Assembly: GCA_030704615.1 (NCBI GenBank)
Contig: CM060731.1
Coordinates: 40,982,001-41,046,000, forward strand
Reading direction: 5' to 3'
DNA: 64,000 nt
Source of the DNA: Takakia lepidozioides
Taxonomy: Eukaryota > Plantae > Bryophyta
Of the stretch, positions 36,472 through 49,803 are shown one piece after another. Numbering within the stretch: position 1 is the stretch's first letter; the number at the start of each line of letters is the position of its first letter. The notes beneath the pieces were generated by a model. That model made no database searches. It was not told where the DNA came from and saw nothing but the letters and a program-made list of their open reading frames with translations. The position numbers were made by a program, and so were the translations under genes.

Positions 36472-37213
36472 TCTAGACCCACATAAAGGTTTTGGGTGTA
36501 ACAATTGAAGAAATGCCTGCAGGGCACAAAGCATAAACGTATGGTTGCCACAAAATGCTATGGGTAATTTCTTGTAAGCCTGCGGGGCTTGCAAGCATCG
36601 ATTAAGAGAAAAGATACTTTCTGTTCTTCTATCCCCGTGCCACTGCGTAAGTAGTATCGCGAGCGTATAGTCTGTTAGTTCCTCCATAGCTTCAAAGCTA
36701 TAGCATTGATGGTCTGTCCCGTCGAGACGCCCGTTACTTGGAACGACGCCGACTCTTGCGCTTAAAATCCCTCCATTTTCTTGATTTCGTTTCTTGGAAA
36801 TTACCCTCTGCAGATAATTCTGGCTAGTGATTGGCTGTTGGCTGTGTGATTTGTTTTGTAATTTAATTGCCTTCCATGGATTTTCCACTCTGGACTGTCC
36901 ACTAGGATAGCACATGTGACATGGATTTCGCTTTTCGGTACTTTTAAAAGGTTCCGTTACCCTTTCCCTGTATGCATTAATGGGCCCATAATAAGTTAAT
37001 GTGCCGGGTAGGTACTTGACGACCAATTTTGTCTTCTTCCTTGATGACACTCGCCTTTGCAATCCATGTCCGGCTGTGTGTCTCGCCCTGGCGTCCACGT
37101 GTCCATTTCTAAACGTGCCTCCGTCCACTTTTCCGCCGGCCACTGTCCGGATGTTAACCCACGTCCACCTGTCACAGATCTTATGGACTGTGTAACCCCA
37201 ATAAGCTGTGTTG

Positions 37214-37472
37214 AGCTGTGACAGGCTGTGTCATATTGTGGTACGTTGTGATAGGCTGTGTGGCACTGTGGTAAGCTGTGATAGACTGTGACACGCTGTG
37301 GTAGGTTGTGATAGGCTGTGTGACACCGTGATGGGCTGTGATAGGCTGTGCCGTGTCGTGTCGGGCTGTGATAGGCTGGGCCACACTGTGATGGGCTGTG
37401 ATAGGTTGTGTCGCGCCTTGATAGGCTGTGATAGGCTGTGTCGCGCAGTGATGGGCTGTGATAGGCTGTGTC
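37214..37472. repeat. 30-bp minisatellite (~8.5 copies) between pol and the extra ORF of element C
   Basis: Unit GCTGTGATAGGCTGTGTCRCnnnGTGRTRG; appears as QPITAH repeats in the ORF track. Confidence 0.93.
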
Positions 37473-40400
37473 ACGCTTGTACTACCCGCCCTGGTCATAT
37501 ACGCTCGGCCTAACAACAAGTGCTCCATACTCCGTTGGTATCACTGGCGCAGCCCGTGACTGCTTCTGCGTTTCAACATGCAAATCATGCTGCAATGGTT
37601 TGTCATGGATACCACTATACCCCTTCAGCTTATTGGCATTAACTCTTCCCAGCATCTCTTTGTTAATGGTTTGTAACATGACGGTGTTGTTATCATACAT
37701 CTTCTGTATCACATAAGGTCATTTCCATGGTGATTTAAGCTTAGAAGCTTTAATCTTTCTTCTGCAACCAGAGAACCAAATCTCCCGTCTTAAAAGTCTT
37801 TAGCTTGCCTTCATCAAACTGTTCCTTTCTCTTCATCTGAATTCTGGTCATGTTATCAGCTGCATCAGCACGTACTTCTTCCACATGGTATAATTCATGT
37901 TTCCTGACCTTAATTGAATCTTGCAATTCCATTATCTTTCCCCATTCCGTTCTCATGGTAGGTAACAGGAATTCCACTGGAAGTAAAACTTCCATACCAT
38001 AAACTAATTGGAATGGTGTATACTTAGTGGTGACTTTATATGAAGTCTTGTATGACCACAAAGCTGTCAGCAGCTTTGTATCCCAATCCGTTTTGTTTGC
38101 ATTGACTATCTTAGCCAAGATAGTACATAGTATTTTGTTGGTAGCCTCTGCCTGCCCATTACCCTGTGGGTAATACGTTGTACTCTTCCTATGCACAATC
38201 ATGAACTCTTTAGTCAATAGTTCAATGGTCTCATTAATGAAGTGACTTCCCTGATCACTGATAAATTCCAAGGGACAGCCAAATCGTGTAAGTATGTTCT
38301 CATACATGAACCTTGCTGTGGACTTGGCTGTGTTGTCCCTCAAAGCTTTAGCTTCCACCCACTTCGTAGTATAATCAGTGGCTGTAATTATGTACCTGTT
38401 CTGTGTATTCTTGGCTGGTGGATTAATTGGTCCAACAAAGTCTAGTCCCCATTTCTGAAATGATTCCGTAGGCATTGTAGGATGCAAAGCCATCTTCCCA
38501 GATCTCTGCAAAGGTCCTAGCCTCTGACATTCATCACAACTCTGACAATACTTGTGTACATCTTTGAACAAGGTAGGCCACCAGTAACCTGCCAGTAGTA
38601 TCTTCCTACTGGTAGTCTCTTCTCCAAAATGACCTCCTGCCACTCCTTTATGAACTTCCTCCAAAACTTTATTAACTTCATGGTGGTATAAGCATCGCTT
38701 CAACACTCCATCTGGTCTTAGCTTATACATTCTGCTCCCTACCATAGTGTAAGGTAGAGCCTTGATAGCAATTTTCTTTCTCTGCTCCTTTCCATAACTT
38801 GGTGGGCACTGACCATGAGCAAGGTAGTATCTGATTGGCCACTGCCAATCTAACCATTCATCTGCACTTCCTTGCACCTCCATTACAAATAAACTCGCAT
38901 CAGGTAACTGATCGTCTACTCCTGCGGCGGCTTCTCCTGTTGTTAGTCGTGACAAATGATCTGCCACAAGATGCAAACGGCCAGGCTTGTAAACAACCTC
39001 GAACTCAAACTCGTGCAAGATTATTAACCACCTTGCTATCCTTCCGCTTATCAGAGGTTTGTTTACCAGGTATATCAGAGCCTGGTGATCCACATAAAAC
39101 ATAAACTTTCTTCCCAATAGGTAATGCCTGAATTTCTTGACTGCATAAATCATTGCCAGTGCTTCTCTTTCAGTTGTGCTATAGTTCCTTTCAGCGCTGT
39201 TCATCAACCTGCTAGCATAGTACACATGTGAATCTATATTTCATGTAACATTCTGGGCTAACACTGCTCCCAATGCTTCTCCTGAGGCATCACAGTGAAC
39301 ATGAAATAGTACATGCCAGTGAGGGTTAATCAGCACAGGTGTAGTTGTTACTGACAATGTAAGTTCCTCAAAAGCCTGTTGACATTCAGCTGTCCATGCA
39401 AACACTGCATCTTTCTTCAGAAGCTTGCTCAATGGTGCTGCTATCTGTGCATACCTTTTGACAAATCTTCTGTAATAACTGGTTTGCCCAAGGAATCTCC
39501 TTAGACTCTTAACATTTACTGGTGGTGGAGAGGCTTTAATGGCCTTTGTCTTCCTGGGATCCACAAGAAGTCCCCTCTTACACACAATGTGTTCCAGAAG
39601 CACCCCTGAGTTCACACAGAAAGTACACTTCTCTGGATTCAGGCCCAGACCTCTCATCCTGCATCTAGCCAGACATAACTCCAATTTATGCAAGTGCTCA
39701 TTCTTAGAGCTGTACACACTGAAATCATCCAAGAACACCTGCATGAAATCATCCAGATACTCATGAAAAGATTCACTTATCACTCTATGAAAGGTTGCTG
39801 GTGCATTACAAAGTCCAAAGGGCATGACTTTGTATGCATAAGCACCCCAGTCTGTGATGAAAGTTGTCTTTCCCTGGTCTTCTTCTGCCACTTGCACTTG
39901 ATTATAACCACTGAAGCCATCCATGAATGAGTACATCTCATGGCCTGCCACAGTGTCCAATACTGCTTCTGTGAATGGCAAGGGGAATGGATCCTTCTTC
40001 GTGCACGCATTCAACTTCTTATAGTTCACACAAACTCTTAGTTTACCATTCTTCTTGGGAACTATCACAATGGGTGACAACCAAGTTAGATTTCAATTCT
40101 CCACACATGTGCCAACGACATAGGCTACACTAGATGTTGCACTTGGGCCTCGGAGACGCACTGGGATACATAGGAACTTGCACTTGGTCTTAGATTTCAG
40201 TTCTTAACACATGGGCCAAAGACACACGCTACCCTAGAGACGCGTCCTGACATAGGAGACGCATTTGCATACATAGAAGATCTTACACGTGGGCTTAGAT
40301 GACACTGGACTCTTGGGCCACCGGCACATGCTACACTACACATAGATACATAGGGGGTTTCACTTAGATGACAAGGGGACACTTGGGACGGCACAGGCAG

Positions 40401-40759
40401 AATTTTGGTCACTGAAAATACAGGAGATTGTACTTGGGCCTTAAATAGTCAAAGCAAAGTGCTATTTGTATTGGGGTCCTTTGGGTCCTCGTGTTAATGT
40501 ATGACTAGTTTAACAGCTTCATGAGGAGTAATCTCTGGCGTCACACCTGTGACCTGATCCTGAAACATTGCTCGTCCGAATATAGGGGCTTGTCAGATAG
40601 GGCTCAAAGGGACACCGTCAAATTGTGTCTCTTAAAGCACATCATCAACTTGGGGAGGATTGCAATGCACTCAAGCTCAATCAAGCTGAGCGATGGTGTG
40701 AAGCACACTGACAAGGGGGAGCACGGCGGATCAGGGACGTTTCCTTGGCTAATCAATCG

Positions 40760-40950
40760 TTTTTTTGCCTCCATGTGCGCAGGCCTTGTAGCTGTCCACA
40801 CCCAGTTGAGGGGGTCATGGGATGGTTCCATGTCTTTGTGGTGAGCCACGCTGTTTGTTCCATTATACGGGTTGGTGACTGCGATTACCTCCCCATCCAC
40901 CATCTGCCTCCATCTCTTGTTCATCAACATCCTTGCCTCAATGAAGAGAC
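40760..40950 (-). pseudogene. Possible aldehyde dehydrogenase (SSADH/GabD-like) N-terminal fragment
   Basis: LFIEARMLMNKRWRQMVDGEVIAVTNPYNG resembles the ALDH N-terminal LF...LINGEW....GE.I.VTNPANG; after a frameshift comes VDSYKA/LRTWRQK. No further ALDH sequence is visible. Confidence 0.4.
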
Positions 40951-41893
40951 AACGCCAGAGGAGACGAATGGAGCAAGTATTCAAGGGAAACGCGTGAAAT
41001 TTCAAGAGAAACTGGGAGTTAGAGTACTCCTCAGCTGGGAGAAAGACAGAAAGACGGACAGTGAAGGGGAGCACACACGTGTATGTCTAGATAATGTATG
41101 CGAACGTCATGTATGTTACAAGAACAAGACTAGGATAGCTTAAGAGGTGTTGATCTGCAAAACACAAGACATATGTGTTCGGTTCATCATGCAGGAGGAA
41201 GAGGGGGACAGCTTCTACGCCGTTCATCATCTGAGTCGACGACCATATCACCGAAACTTGTAGGGGCTGATCACCTCCCTTTACAACGATGGGAATAGAT
41301 TGACATCGGCAAAGTATGATGAAAGTTACAGTTCCGCAATCACTGAAGGCTGGGCCAGGGTGAAGTAATTTGCTCGTTCAAGCAGCTTCATGGTAGATAC
41401 TGCCAATTGCTGTGATCATTTAGCTGATGCAAATTGATGACACCAGCCAGCATTCGAGGGATTTCCGTTCATTTCTCCAAAAGTTCCTGTGTGTATGAGG
41501 TTGACTGACGAGAGCACCGCTGATGCAAGAGAGAGAAAGAAGGAAAGTTCATCCACGGGAAGCTTAAGGAGCTTATAGACGGGTAACACACGAAGGGTTA
41601 CAAGGAGAATCTGCATCGCTGCGGCCCACAGACGGATTGACTCTTAAGGTTGTAGGCGCTGAAGGAGGTTTGATCGAATTCACAATTGAATGTTTCTGCC
41701 TGCAGGGTGGATGAGCAACTTCTGAATAGGTATCTTCCCGTGATCTTACAGTTAAAAAGCCAGGATACACAGAAATGGTCCTGCATCCCCAATTTCTGCA
41801 CGGTACTTTACAAATCTTAGTATCCACACGAGAGATGGCTAAGGAAATATGTTAGCCACGAGGCCACTTCCCCCTGAACCCTCCTTGGCCGGT

Positions 41894-44800
41894 TCATCGC
41901 GCTGAGGGGTAGCTCCAAGACCCCATAGTGGTAGCTGAAACATTGGTTTGGATATAGAAATCACCCTCCGGTCTCCTGAAGGGAACAGGTGGGTTTTGAA
42001 TCTCAGCCACACCTTCTAGCACTTGCACCACCTGAAGTCAAGTAAGAGACAATTTGGAAATATCAGATCTCTAATGCAGTACAATGGCTCACATTCTTTG
42101 CACATTGGGTGCAGGCACCTCATACCTCCATTTGCCGAAACACGTCTGCTGTAAGTTCTTTGCAGGCTCAGCCTGGACAAAGGATGACAGGGAAAAGATG
42201 GCAGAAAAGTGGTGCTGTTTTCTACAGCAAAACATGTTCAAGGGTCCAAACCTGAGGTGAATAATAACATCCCAAGATGATTGTGTTGATGTTGTGTTAG
42301 TGCTTGTTACAAAAGATGAAGGCTTCTTCCATAACCATAATTCAGCTACAGCAGTGACATGGTGAAACACACTGAGGAAACCTCTCCCTTGATCCTGCAA
42401 GCCTAGACACATAACTGTCGAAAAAGGAGGAAGTTACCTTGCCCATTGTTGGCCGCTGGCTAGGATCCTCTTGAACACACCAAAGTGCCAAACGTGCCAA
42501 ACGCATGACTTGATCCGAATCTGCTGTATTTTCAAGATGCCTGTCGATGATCTCTGTGAGATCGGCGTTTTCAATCTTGTGATACACCCAGATGTGAAAG
42601 TAGAATTGGGGCGAGCTGATCTGAAAATTTACATTCCGCCGACCTCCAATGAGTTCCAATAACACCATCCCATAGCTGTATACGTCACATTTCTCGGTGA
42701 TGGGAGTGTTGCTGAGAAACCATTCAGGGGCCAGATAGCCTCTCGTACCTCGCACAACTGTGAAAGTATCGGCGTCTTGCCTGTCTATGAGTTTTGCGAG
42801 TCCAAAATCAGAAAGTTTTCCAGAGAAATTCTCATCCAAAAGGATGTTCTCTGGCTTGACGTCACAGTGCACAATCCGCTTTCTGCATCCCTCATGCAAA
42901 TACGCCAGTGCATGGGCCACATCTAAGGCGATTGAGTAGCGTTTTGGCCAGTCAAGGACGAATCCTCCCCCCTTAAACACAAACTTGTCAAGTGAACTGT
43001 TGTTCATGTACTCATACACAAGTAGCCTCTCAGAGCCTTCGAAGCAGTACCCAAAGAAGCGCACCAAATTGAAGTGATGGATGTTGCCTATGGTAGACAC
43101 CTGAAAGTTTCAGATCACAATATTAATTGACTCAAAAGATATTGGACTTTCTGTGAGCCTACTTGATTGGATCTCTTGGATCCAGTAGGTGAGCACATTG
43201 GATGGGCATTGTAATATGTCCCTCACTCTGGAGTGGAGGTTCTCTTGGTTGAAGAAATGCACTTGTCAAGTGATTCATAACGCTGACTAGAAAAGATTAA
43301 AACTAGGACAAGTTGCCACAGGCCTCAACAACAGTGTTGATTACTCGAGTGCAGATGAAAGAGCTATGGGAGTGACATATGCTAGAAAGGATGATGTTAA
43401 GTGCAGCACTCGTGCAGCTACAGTTGCACTGCTAGTCTTAGTAGAGGAACTAGAGAACTGTTTGGTTCGAGAGAACAAATGAACTGAGATGAAACAAGTC
43501 AACTGAAATCCAAACAGCTTAAGGGGTGACAGACACATAAGAAACATCAGAGAATTGAAAAAGGGTACCTCATAACTGACACAATAAGCCCAAAGAACTA
43601 ATCGGAAATAGGTACAACAAATCAGGGTAAACTACGAACCAGGTCTCAATCACTGCCACATGCAGGCAAGGTGTCTAAGAGGGAATATTAGATCCTGGAG
43701 AGATCATACATAGTCAGATAGTCTCAAATGTTGGTACCTCTGCCCGAAACTGCTTCTCTCCTTGCCTTGAGCCTTCCAACTTCTTGACAGCAATCAACTG
43801 ACCGTTTGTAAGCATCCCCTTGTAGACTGCACCAAAACCCCCCTGCCCGAGCTGATTGCTGAAATTATCAGTAGCAATAATCAAGTCTTTGTACGAGAAC
43901 CTGGTGGGAGCTTCTGAGATTCCATCCATGCCATCCCCGGCATCAAACTCAAAGACTTCAAATTCTTTTGTCTTCTCCCTTCGGCAGCAGCGGGTGAGGA
44001 CTACAATTATGCAAAGAATGACCGTACCAACTCCAGCACTTGTACCTGCCATACAAAGTCTTTTCCTCAAAGAAAACTTAAGCTGAAGAGGCATTGACTG
44101 TGAACAGATTGGATGCTGTAAACAGAGGAGCAATAATCGATTCGCATCCGAGCATGATGGAATGGTGACTGACCTCCTATCACAGCTTTTGTCCTTGATG
44201 TCAGGCGTTTTGAAGATTCTGCAGACAAGTTAATTTGATGCAACTATTAGCCCAGATTCTACAAAAATTGCATCGAGGTGTGTGGAGAATGTGGGGTTAT
44301 GTCATGGGAGGAGCTATCCATGTAAAAGCATGGGACAGTGGCAAGGTGAAAGCTATCAGCTAGAAAAACCATTGAAACAATTGACCTCATGTGGGAGCAT
44401 GAGGAGAAAATCAGAAGAAATCTGGTACGTCATGGGGAGAAGAGAGAGAGAGAGTTACCAGGGCAGACTGAAGTTGTGTTTGTGTCTTCGCAAAGGCATG
44501 AAAACCCTAGGGTAAAATTGTAGCCACAGGAGCCTGAGCTGTCGCGGCATAGATTGCATTGGGACAGCTCTTGGGGCTTATTCCATGAAAGCTCAATGAA
44601 GAACTTGAAATTGCTGATGTCTGTGTTGGTCGAGTTGTAATTGTGTAGGCTTGTGTAGCCAGCACAACTGTCCATGGTTGCAAATTGAGACAGAAAAAAG
44701 ATAATAAGCTTCAGAATCCCATCCATGGCATGTCCAAACTACTCGGTAAGGTGAATTCATATGCATTTTCCCAAAAGAAGAACTGGAGGGGTGAGCCGAA

Positions 44801-45560
44801 GAAAACGGAAATTATAGTGTCAGGCGTCAGTTGGTAACTGTGATTCACGTACACATATACATATCTACATAGCTTCAGCTTGCAGTAACCTTGCGTCACT
44901 GAGAGAAAAGGGATCAGGAAGGGAGGGCGTGTCAGGGATTTACCTCAGCACAGAGAGATCGATGGACTTGTTTGATCGTGTATTGAGGGCACAGCATGTG
45001 GTAACCAATTTCGATGTGTTAGTATTAGCGTAATCTGTACATGTCTTAAAGGCACTGCAGGCACTCGCAGAGTCATCGCACGAGAAGAGAGATGACCGCA
45101 CAAGGCTGGCATTTTGATTGCAATTCAGTAATAGCAGGTCGCTATCTTCAAAGAGATAAAACGGGCTCGAAGAATCAAGACTGAAATTCTTCCCTGGAAC
45201 AAGCCCATCACTGCAGGTGGTCATGGATTGGTCCGAGAGGGAGATGGTGTTCCTGGAATAGTCAATGGACTGCACAGTATAGTTCAGAGACGGGGTGATG
45301 AAACTCAAGGTGTTTGTACTGTTGCTGCATCCTAGAGAGTTGCTAAGACCGTAGCTCCCACAGCCCTGATCGATGCCAAAGGGGTACTGAATGGAGACGC
45401 CTCCACAGCTGGTTCTGCAGGCCGAGCTTGCAGCGACCACGGGTACCACCAGATACCAAATTGCAGTAAAAGAAATCGCAGCGCGTAATACATTGCCAGA
45501 CGCTCGCGCCTCGCTCTTTCTCTTACCTCTCTCTCTACATCTCTCTCTACATCTCCCCAT
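41894..45560 (-). CDS. Receptor-like kinase, GUB_WAK-type Cys-rich ectodomain + TM + SD-2b/LRK10L-like non-RD kinase, ~659 aa; exons 45560-44944, 44667-44459, 44218-44174, 44045-43738, 43100-42438, 42031-41894
   Basis: Signal-like hydrophobic stretch, [28 protein letters not shown] motif, [67 protein letters not shown], terminal PSAR*. All five GT-AG introns are phase-consistent. Confidence 0.92.
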
Positions 45561-47228
45561 CCTCTCCCTTTCTTCTTGGCTGCAGTTACAATCACAGTGT
45601 CAACTACTCAAGCAAAGTGCTGGCATAATTTGCGATCCCTCCCTTCAACTTACACCTCATCCTACTAGACAATTCGCTGGGACAGGCAATCGCTCACTCT
45701 CTTCTTTCCATTTTGTCCCATAAGCTGTATGAGCTTTCCGCGGACGTTATAAAGTACCATTTCATTTCATTTCGTTTCTCTCTCTCTTCTGTACGAACAC
45801 AGCATGGATTTCTGTACGATGTGCAGACTCATCTCTCATTGCAAGCCTATTGAGATTGCACGTGTTTGTACCTTAGTTCTAAACTCAAGAAGTGCAATCC
45901 TCCAGCTAACTGTGAGAGAGAGAGAGCAAGGAGAGAAGGCAACTGAAGGAAGGGAAGGCAGCCCCTTTTAATTATGTATCCTTATCTCAAAAACAGAAGA
46001 AAGAAAGAATTCTTGAAGGTTTTGAGTCTTGGAGATGGGACCTTCAATTCCAATCCTCTTTGAGAGACCCCTATGTACAAGCTTCCGGGCCTTTCTAGAA
46101 TCTTCTAAAGCTAGCTACATCAACAAAGCGCACGGTCTGCCCCTACTTTCAACGAGCTGGCAATCCATTCTACACCTGACGGGGCGACTGACAGCACCCA
46201 TCTCGTGAATTCTTTTTCTCCCAAGGAAATCATGGGCTGCCTAACTAGTTTCCTCATCGTTCTCCTCGAACAAAAAGGTCCGGGATTCCATGAAAGAACG
46301 TCCACAAGTACAAGTACATCCGCTATGGGCTGGGTGCGGGCTGTGCATTTGTCTTGTATGTTTCCAGTCTGTGGGGCCACCGCCGCCATCCCCAACCACC
46401 TTTTATGCAATTTGGTCCATGCCTGCCCGCGACTTCCAATGTGTCTCACACGATTTATAATTGGATCGAGAACAGGCAGTGATTCACATCCGAGGGACAC
46501 CTGCTGGTCTGCTTTGGAACCGGGACCCATGTTTTCGCCTTGCCAGGGGGGGCGGTGTCAAAGACGTACACACAAAAGTGTGGCGACCTTGACAGTTGCA
46601 GATGGTTCAAGTTCCACTTTCCGTCTTAAAAGAGGGCCTGCTTGCCAAGCCCACCAAAGTAAGAGCGGCCTTCCATGTACCCGGCCCACCGTTTAAGGGA
46701 GGAAACCGACAAAAATGGCCGGGTACACAAATGGCTACCATGTATGGGGCGGCAAGGCCCGGTCGCCAGACGAGTATTGCGAATTGATTGCAGTGTCCAC
46801 TTATCTGCATGTGCCGGTTGCTGTTTGATAAAGATGCAGAGCTCGAGATATTTGTGTTCAGCCGGTTACCAGGTGGTATCCTTTACCACTAGGCTAAAGT
46901 CCGAATGACCGCCGAGCTCCACATGATTGTGGAAATGCTTCCAGGACCGGCTACTTTCTCCAAAAGTGCTTCTCCTATGGGCCTGACTCCTACCACATGG
47001 GGGGTTGGTATCATGTGAGCAGAGCGTGTGCCCGCTCAAGCACAACCCACGGTCATGGGAGTTTTATGATGTTTTTAAACCTCGGTCATAGGAGTTATAT
47101 GTTTTCAGAACAGAATAAAACCAGAAGCGGGTATAGAGGACTGGTGCATTTGTACAGTACATTTGCGCCAATTCAGCGAGGCAAAACCTTCAGTAGTGTA
47201 GCCAAAAACCCTGAACCTATAGTGGCGG

Positions 47229-47405
47229 CAGTGAATTTCGCATTGAGAAATACTAGGTGATATGGGCACAAATTAAGCCGCGGTGAATTTCGCACTGAGA
47301 ATACTTGGTGATATGGGCACAAACTAGGCAGCAGTGAATTTCGCAGTGAGAAATACTTGGTGATATGGGCACAAACTAAGCAAACGGTGGGGTTTTGCAT
47401 TGAGA
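47229..47405 (+). repeat. ~51-bp tandem repeat x3 (probably DNA transposon subterminal repeats)
   Basis: GTGAATTTCGCA.TGAGAAATACT.GGTGATATGGGCACAAA repeated three times. Confidence 0.85.
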
Positions 47406-48317
47406 AATCCCATCACCCAAAAATCCTCCATCCAAAAAGAATGGGTGGGGACTTGAAAAGTGACATATTCATCTTTTTAGCCACAATGTGATTTCTTCTC
47501 AGGCGGAATTTCACACTGCGAAATTATCCATGGGAGATTTTTTTTTATTTTTTATTTTATTTTTTAAGGCAAGGGAAAGGACCTTAAAGTTGAGGTGAAG
47601 CCTCATCGCCCACTCTCCCGCCTCTTATGGAGAAAAAGCCACGCCTATAGGGTAACATGTTCATCAAGCATACGGTCTACTTGTTCTTTATGTGTTAGTT
47701 TCGCATAATTGTTAATTTCGTCAATTTCATTTCGATATAGAAATTTCCCGGAAATTTCAGGAATATGCCATTATGCTCACATTGGCATACTCACTCATTA
47801 CCCAACCTCCCACATGGAAGGACGCCCTAACTCCTAAGGATGAGGTTCGGCAAACTCTTTGTGTTGGTTGGCATTGTGTGGTGGCTGTGAGTGCTTTGCT
47901 GCAGCTTCACTCCCCTTCCGCTGCCACACACAAGGTGCATCAGCTGTAGTCCTACTGAACACAACGTCACCAGAGCACAAACGATCCCACGACCACAACT
48001 ATGGATTGGCTGACCTCAAACCCACTCCCCTGCAGCGCAAGTGCCATAAACTGAAAAGGAGAGGGACAGAATGTCCTCATAACATGTAAGGCCATTCATT
48101 GGTGAAGAAACATAATGTGGGGGGGTTCACATCAGTACCATCATACACACTTACCAGGAAACAGAACATCCATCTGGGTTTTGCACATAGGGAGTGGACA
48201 TCTATTCACACAATCAACAAATGGCTGTATGGCGGAGCCCAGCATCGGAGCCCCAAAAGGCCTAAAGACTCTCAATGTTTGTAAACACAGGTGCAGACAC
48301 AATTCAATTGATAGCTT

Positions 48318-48478
48318 GGATATCCGGTGGTCTGTATGGTGATAGCACCCCGGACAGTGAGTCAGACAATGACCCTATGACGTTGGTAGTAAGACTTACC
48401 TTCGTATAAAGCATTGATCCGGGTTTTCCAGATATCCTCTAGAAATCCCTTCACACAAGCATCAATCTGCTGTGTGTG
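48318..48478 (+). mobile_element. Putative tRNA-derived SINE (B-box missing) with (TG)n tail
   Basis: Head TGGTCTGTATGGTGATAGCACCCCGGACAGTGAGTC resembles the 5' half of tRNA-Gln; the 3' ~93 bp recur inverted at 50937-51029; ends in TGTGTGTG. Confidence 0.55.
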
Positions 48479-48511
48479 ATTTGCCCAAAAACTAGGCCTC
48501 AGGAGGGCCTG

Positions 48512-49410
48512 GTCATACTGGTACCTAGGTCTGGTTATCCACTCCCCCAAGTTTCACTTTGCAGCCACTGCCTTGGACAGATTGACTAAAGGTAAGGCGG
48601 CCTCCGTCCGCCTTCACGCCAAATGCAAGCAAATACATGTGCGGCATCCCCCGACCAAAAAGTGTCTGTTTGACACCGTCGTCAGCCCTGCTACCATCTA
48701 TGGTTGTGAGTTCTGGGCACCTGGTGTCCCTGTCTCCTGGTGGGAAAAGATTTTGGAACCATTACAGTCATCTTTTCTCCAAGCAATGCTTGGCGCCAGG
48801 AGCACAACTCCCTCTCAGATCCTAGGTGCAGAGTTCACATGTGTACCATTGCAATCCGAGGCACAGTTCAGGCTTACAATCTGTGAGGAATAGATTGCAG
48901 GCCCTTCCACCCAAAGGGCTAGTGGCAAGGGCCCTCACAACATCTATGAGGCTCAAAGCTGCAGGTTTCGGGAACTCCTGGTATGCTCCAGTGGACAGTT
49001 TATTTCAACGTAACGGACTTTCTACTACTTTCCTATTACCAATGAACCCAGATGAGGTCCACACATGACCGCAACAGACTCATTCGGAGAGAGCTTATGG
49101 AATTACATGTGAAGAGAACTTGGATGCTACCCAATCTCACAACAAAGCTCCACTTCTATCGAGAGACATTATTGGTGCTCCGCGATGATAGAATCTTGAG
49201 ACCAAATTACCTTTCAGCACCCTTAGCTCCTTCCCTCCTGAGGGCATTGGGGCAGTTCAGGGTGGGTTCCCACAACCTACGGATAGAGACTGGCAGATGG
49301 GAAAACCTGCAACGGGAGGACCGCCTATGTCCAGCTTGCATAGGGCGCAGCAAGGAAATTGAAACTGAAGAACACTTCTTCTTCTACTGCCCTCTATACT
49401 ACGAGATCCG
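48512..49410 (+). mobile_element. Truncated, degenerate LINE (RTE/RTEX-like ORF2 C-terminus)
   Basis: YWYLG thumb motif, LFDTVVSPATIYGCEFW, LGQFRVGSHNLRIETGRW...RLCPAC...ETEEHFFFYCPLYYEIR zinc finger; stops and frameshifts. Confidence 0.88.
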
Positions 49411-49500
49411 ATTGAACAACTTTATGGATATGTGCATCCCAGTTTCAGTTTCAGGAGAACTCAACGCCCATAGAACATGAACAGAAGTAGGGGTAGAACT

Positions 49501-49803
49501 CACCTCATGCGCAGCGGCTTTGTGCCGTTTGCGCACCTTTTGGAGAGACTCTGCAGATGGAGGTGCAATTTCCGCCGAACTGTTCTCCACCTCATCGTCG
49601 TCGCCCATGCTATAGTCGATTGTGTCAAAATCCAAACTGGAAGACCGCCCACTGCTCTGCCTTCCCTCTCGCACCGACGCCATCTGTACCAGATTGAGTC
49701 GAGCTAGGCGGGGGCTCCTTCACACCGCGGGGCTGGAATGTGCACAAGTGGGAGGAGGTGATGCTACCTCAGCGGTCGACCGCTTCTTACTAGGCATGGA
49801 CAT
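49501..49803 (-). pseudogene. Orphan first-exon-like gene fragment of unknown product
   Basis: Reading MSMPSKKRS... (frameshift) ...DFDTIDYSMGDDDEVENSS...QKVRKRHKAAAHE followed by donor GAG|GTGAGT; the intron runs into the LINE end. Confidence 0.4.

Larger units (their letters stand above)
33878..40087 (-). mobile_element. Non-chromoviral Ty3/gypsy element C (Athila/Tat-like), 5'-truncated: RT, RNase H, integrase, tandem array, long extra 3' ORF; its 3' part continues at 26444-26904
   Basis: RT (SFMDGFSGYNQ, MPFGLCNAPATF, FLDDF) at 39241-40080; RNase H-integrase at 37750-39225 (FQKWGLDFVGPI, SDQGSHF, YYPQGNGQAEATNK); no chromodomain. The TSD of element B links 26904 to 33878. Confidence 0.92.

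Noticed and set aside
37214-37472. 30-bp array as a CRISPR or a repeat protein
   Set aside because: Head-to-tail degenerate units without unique spacers, no cas genes, and located inside a plant retrotransposon.
46120-46980. 136-163 aa overlapping ORFs
   Set aside because: No recognisable domain or splice pattern; probably decayed repeat.
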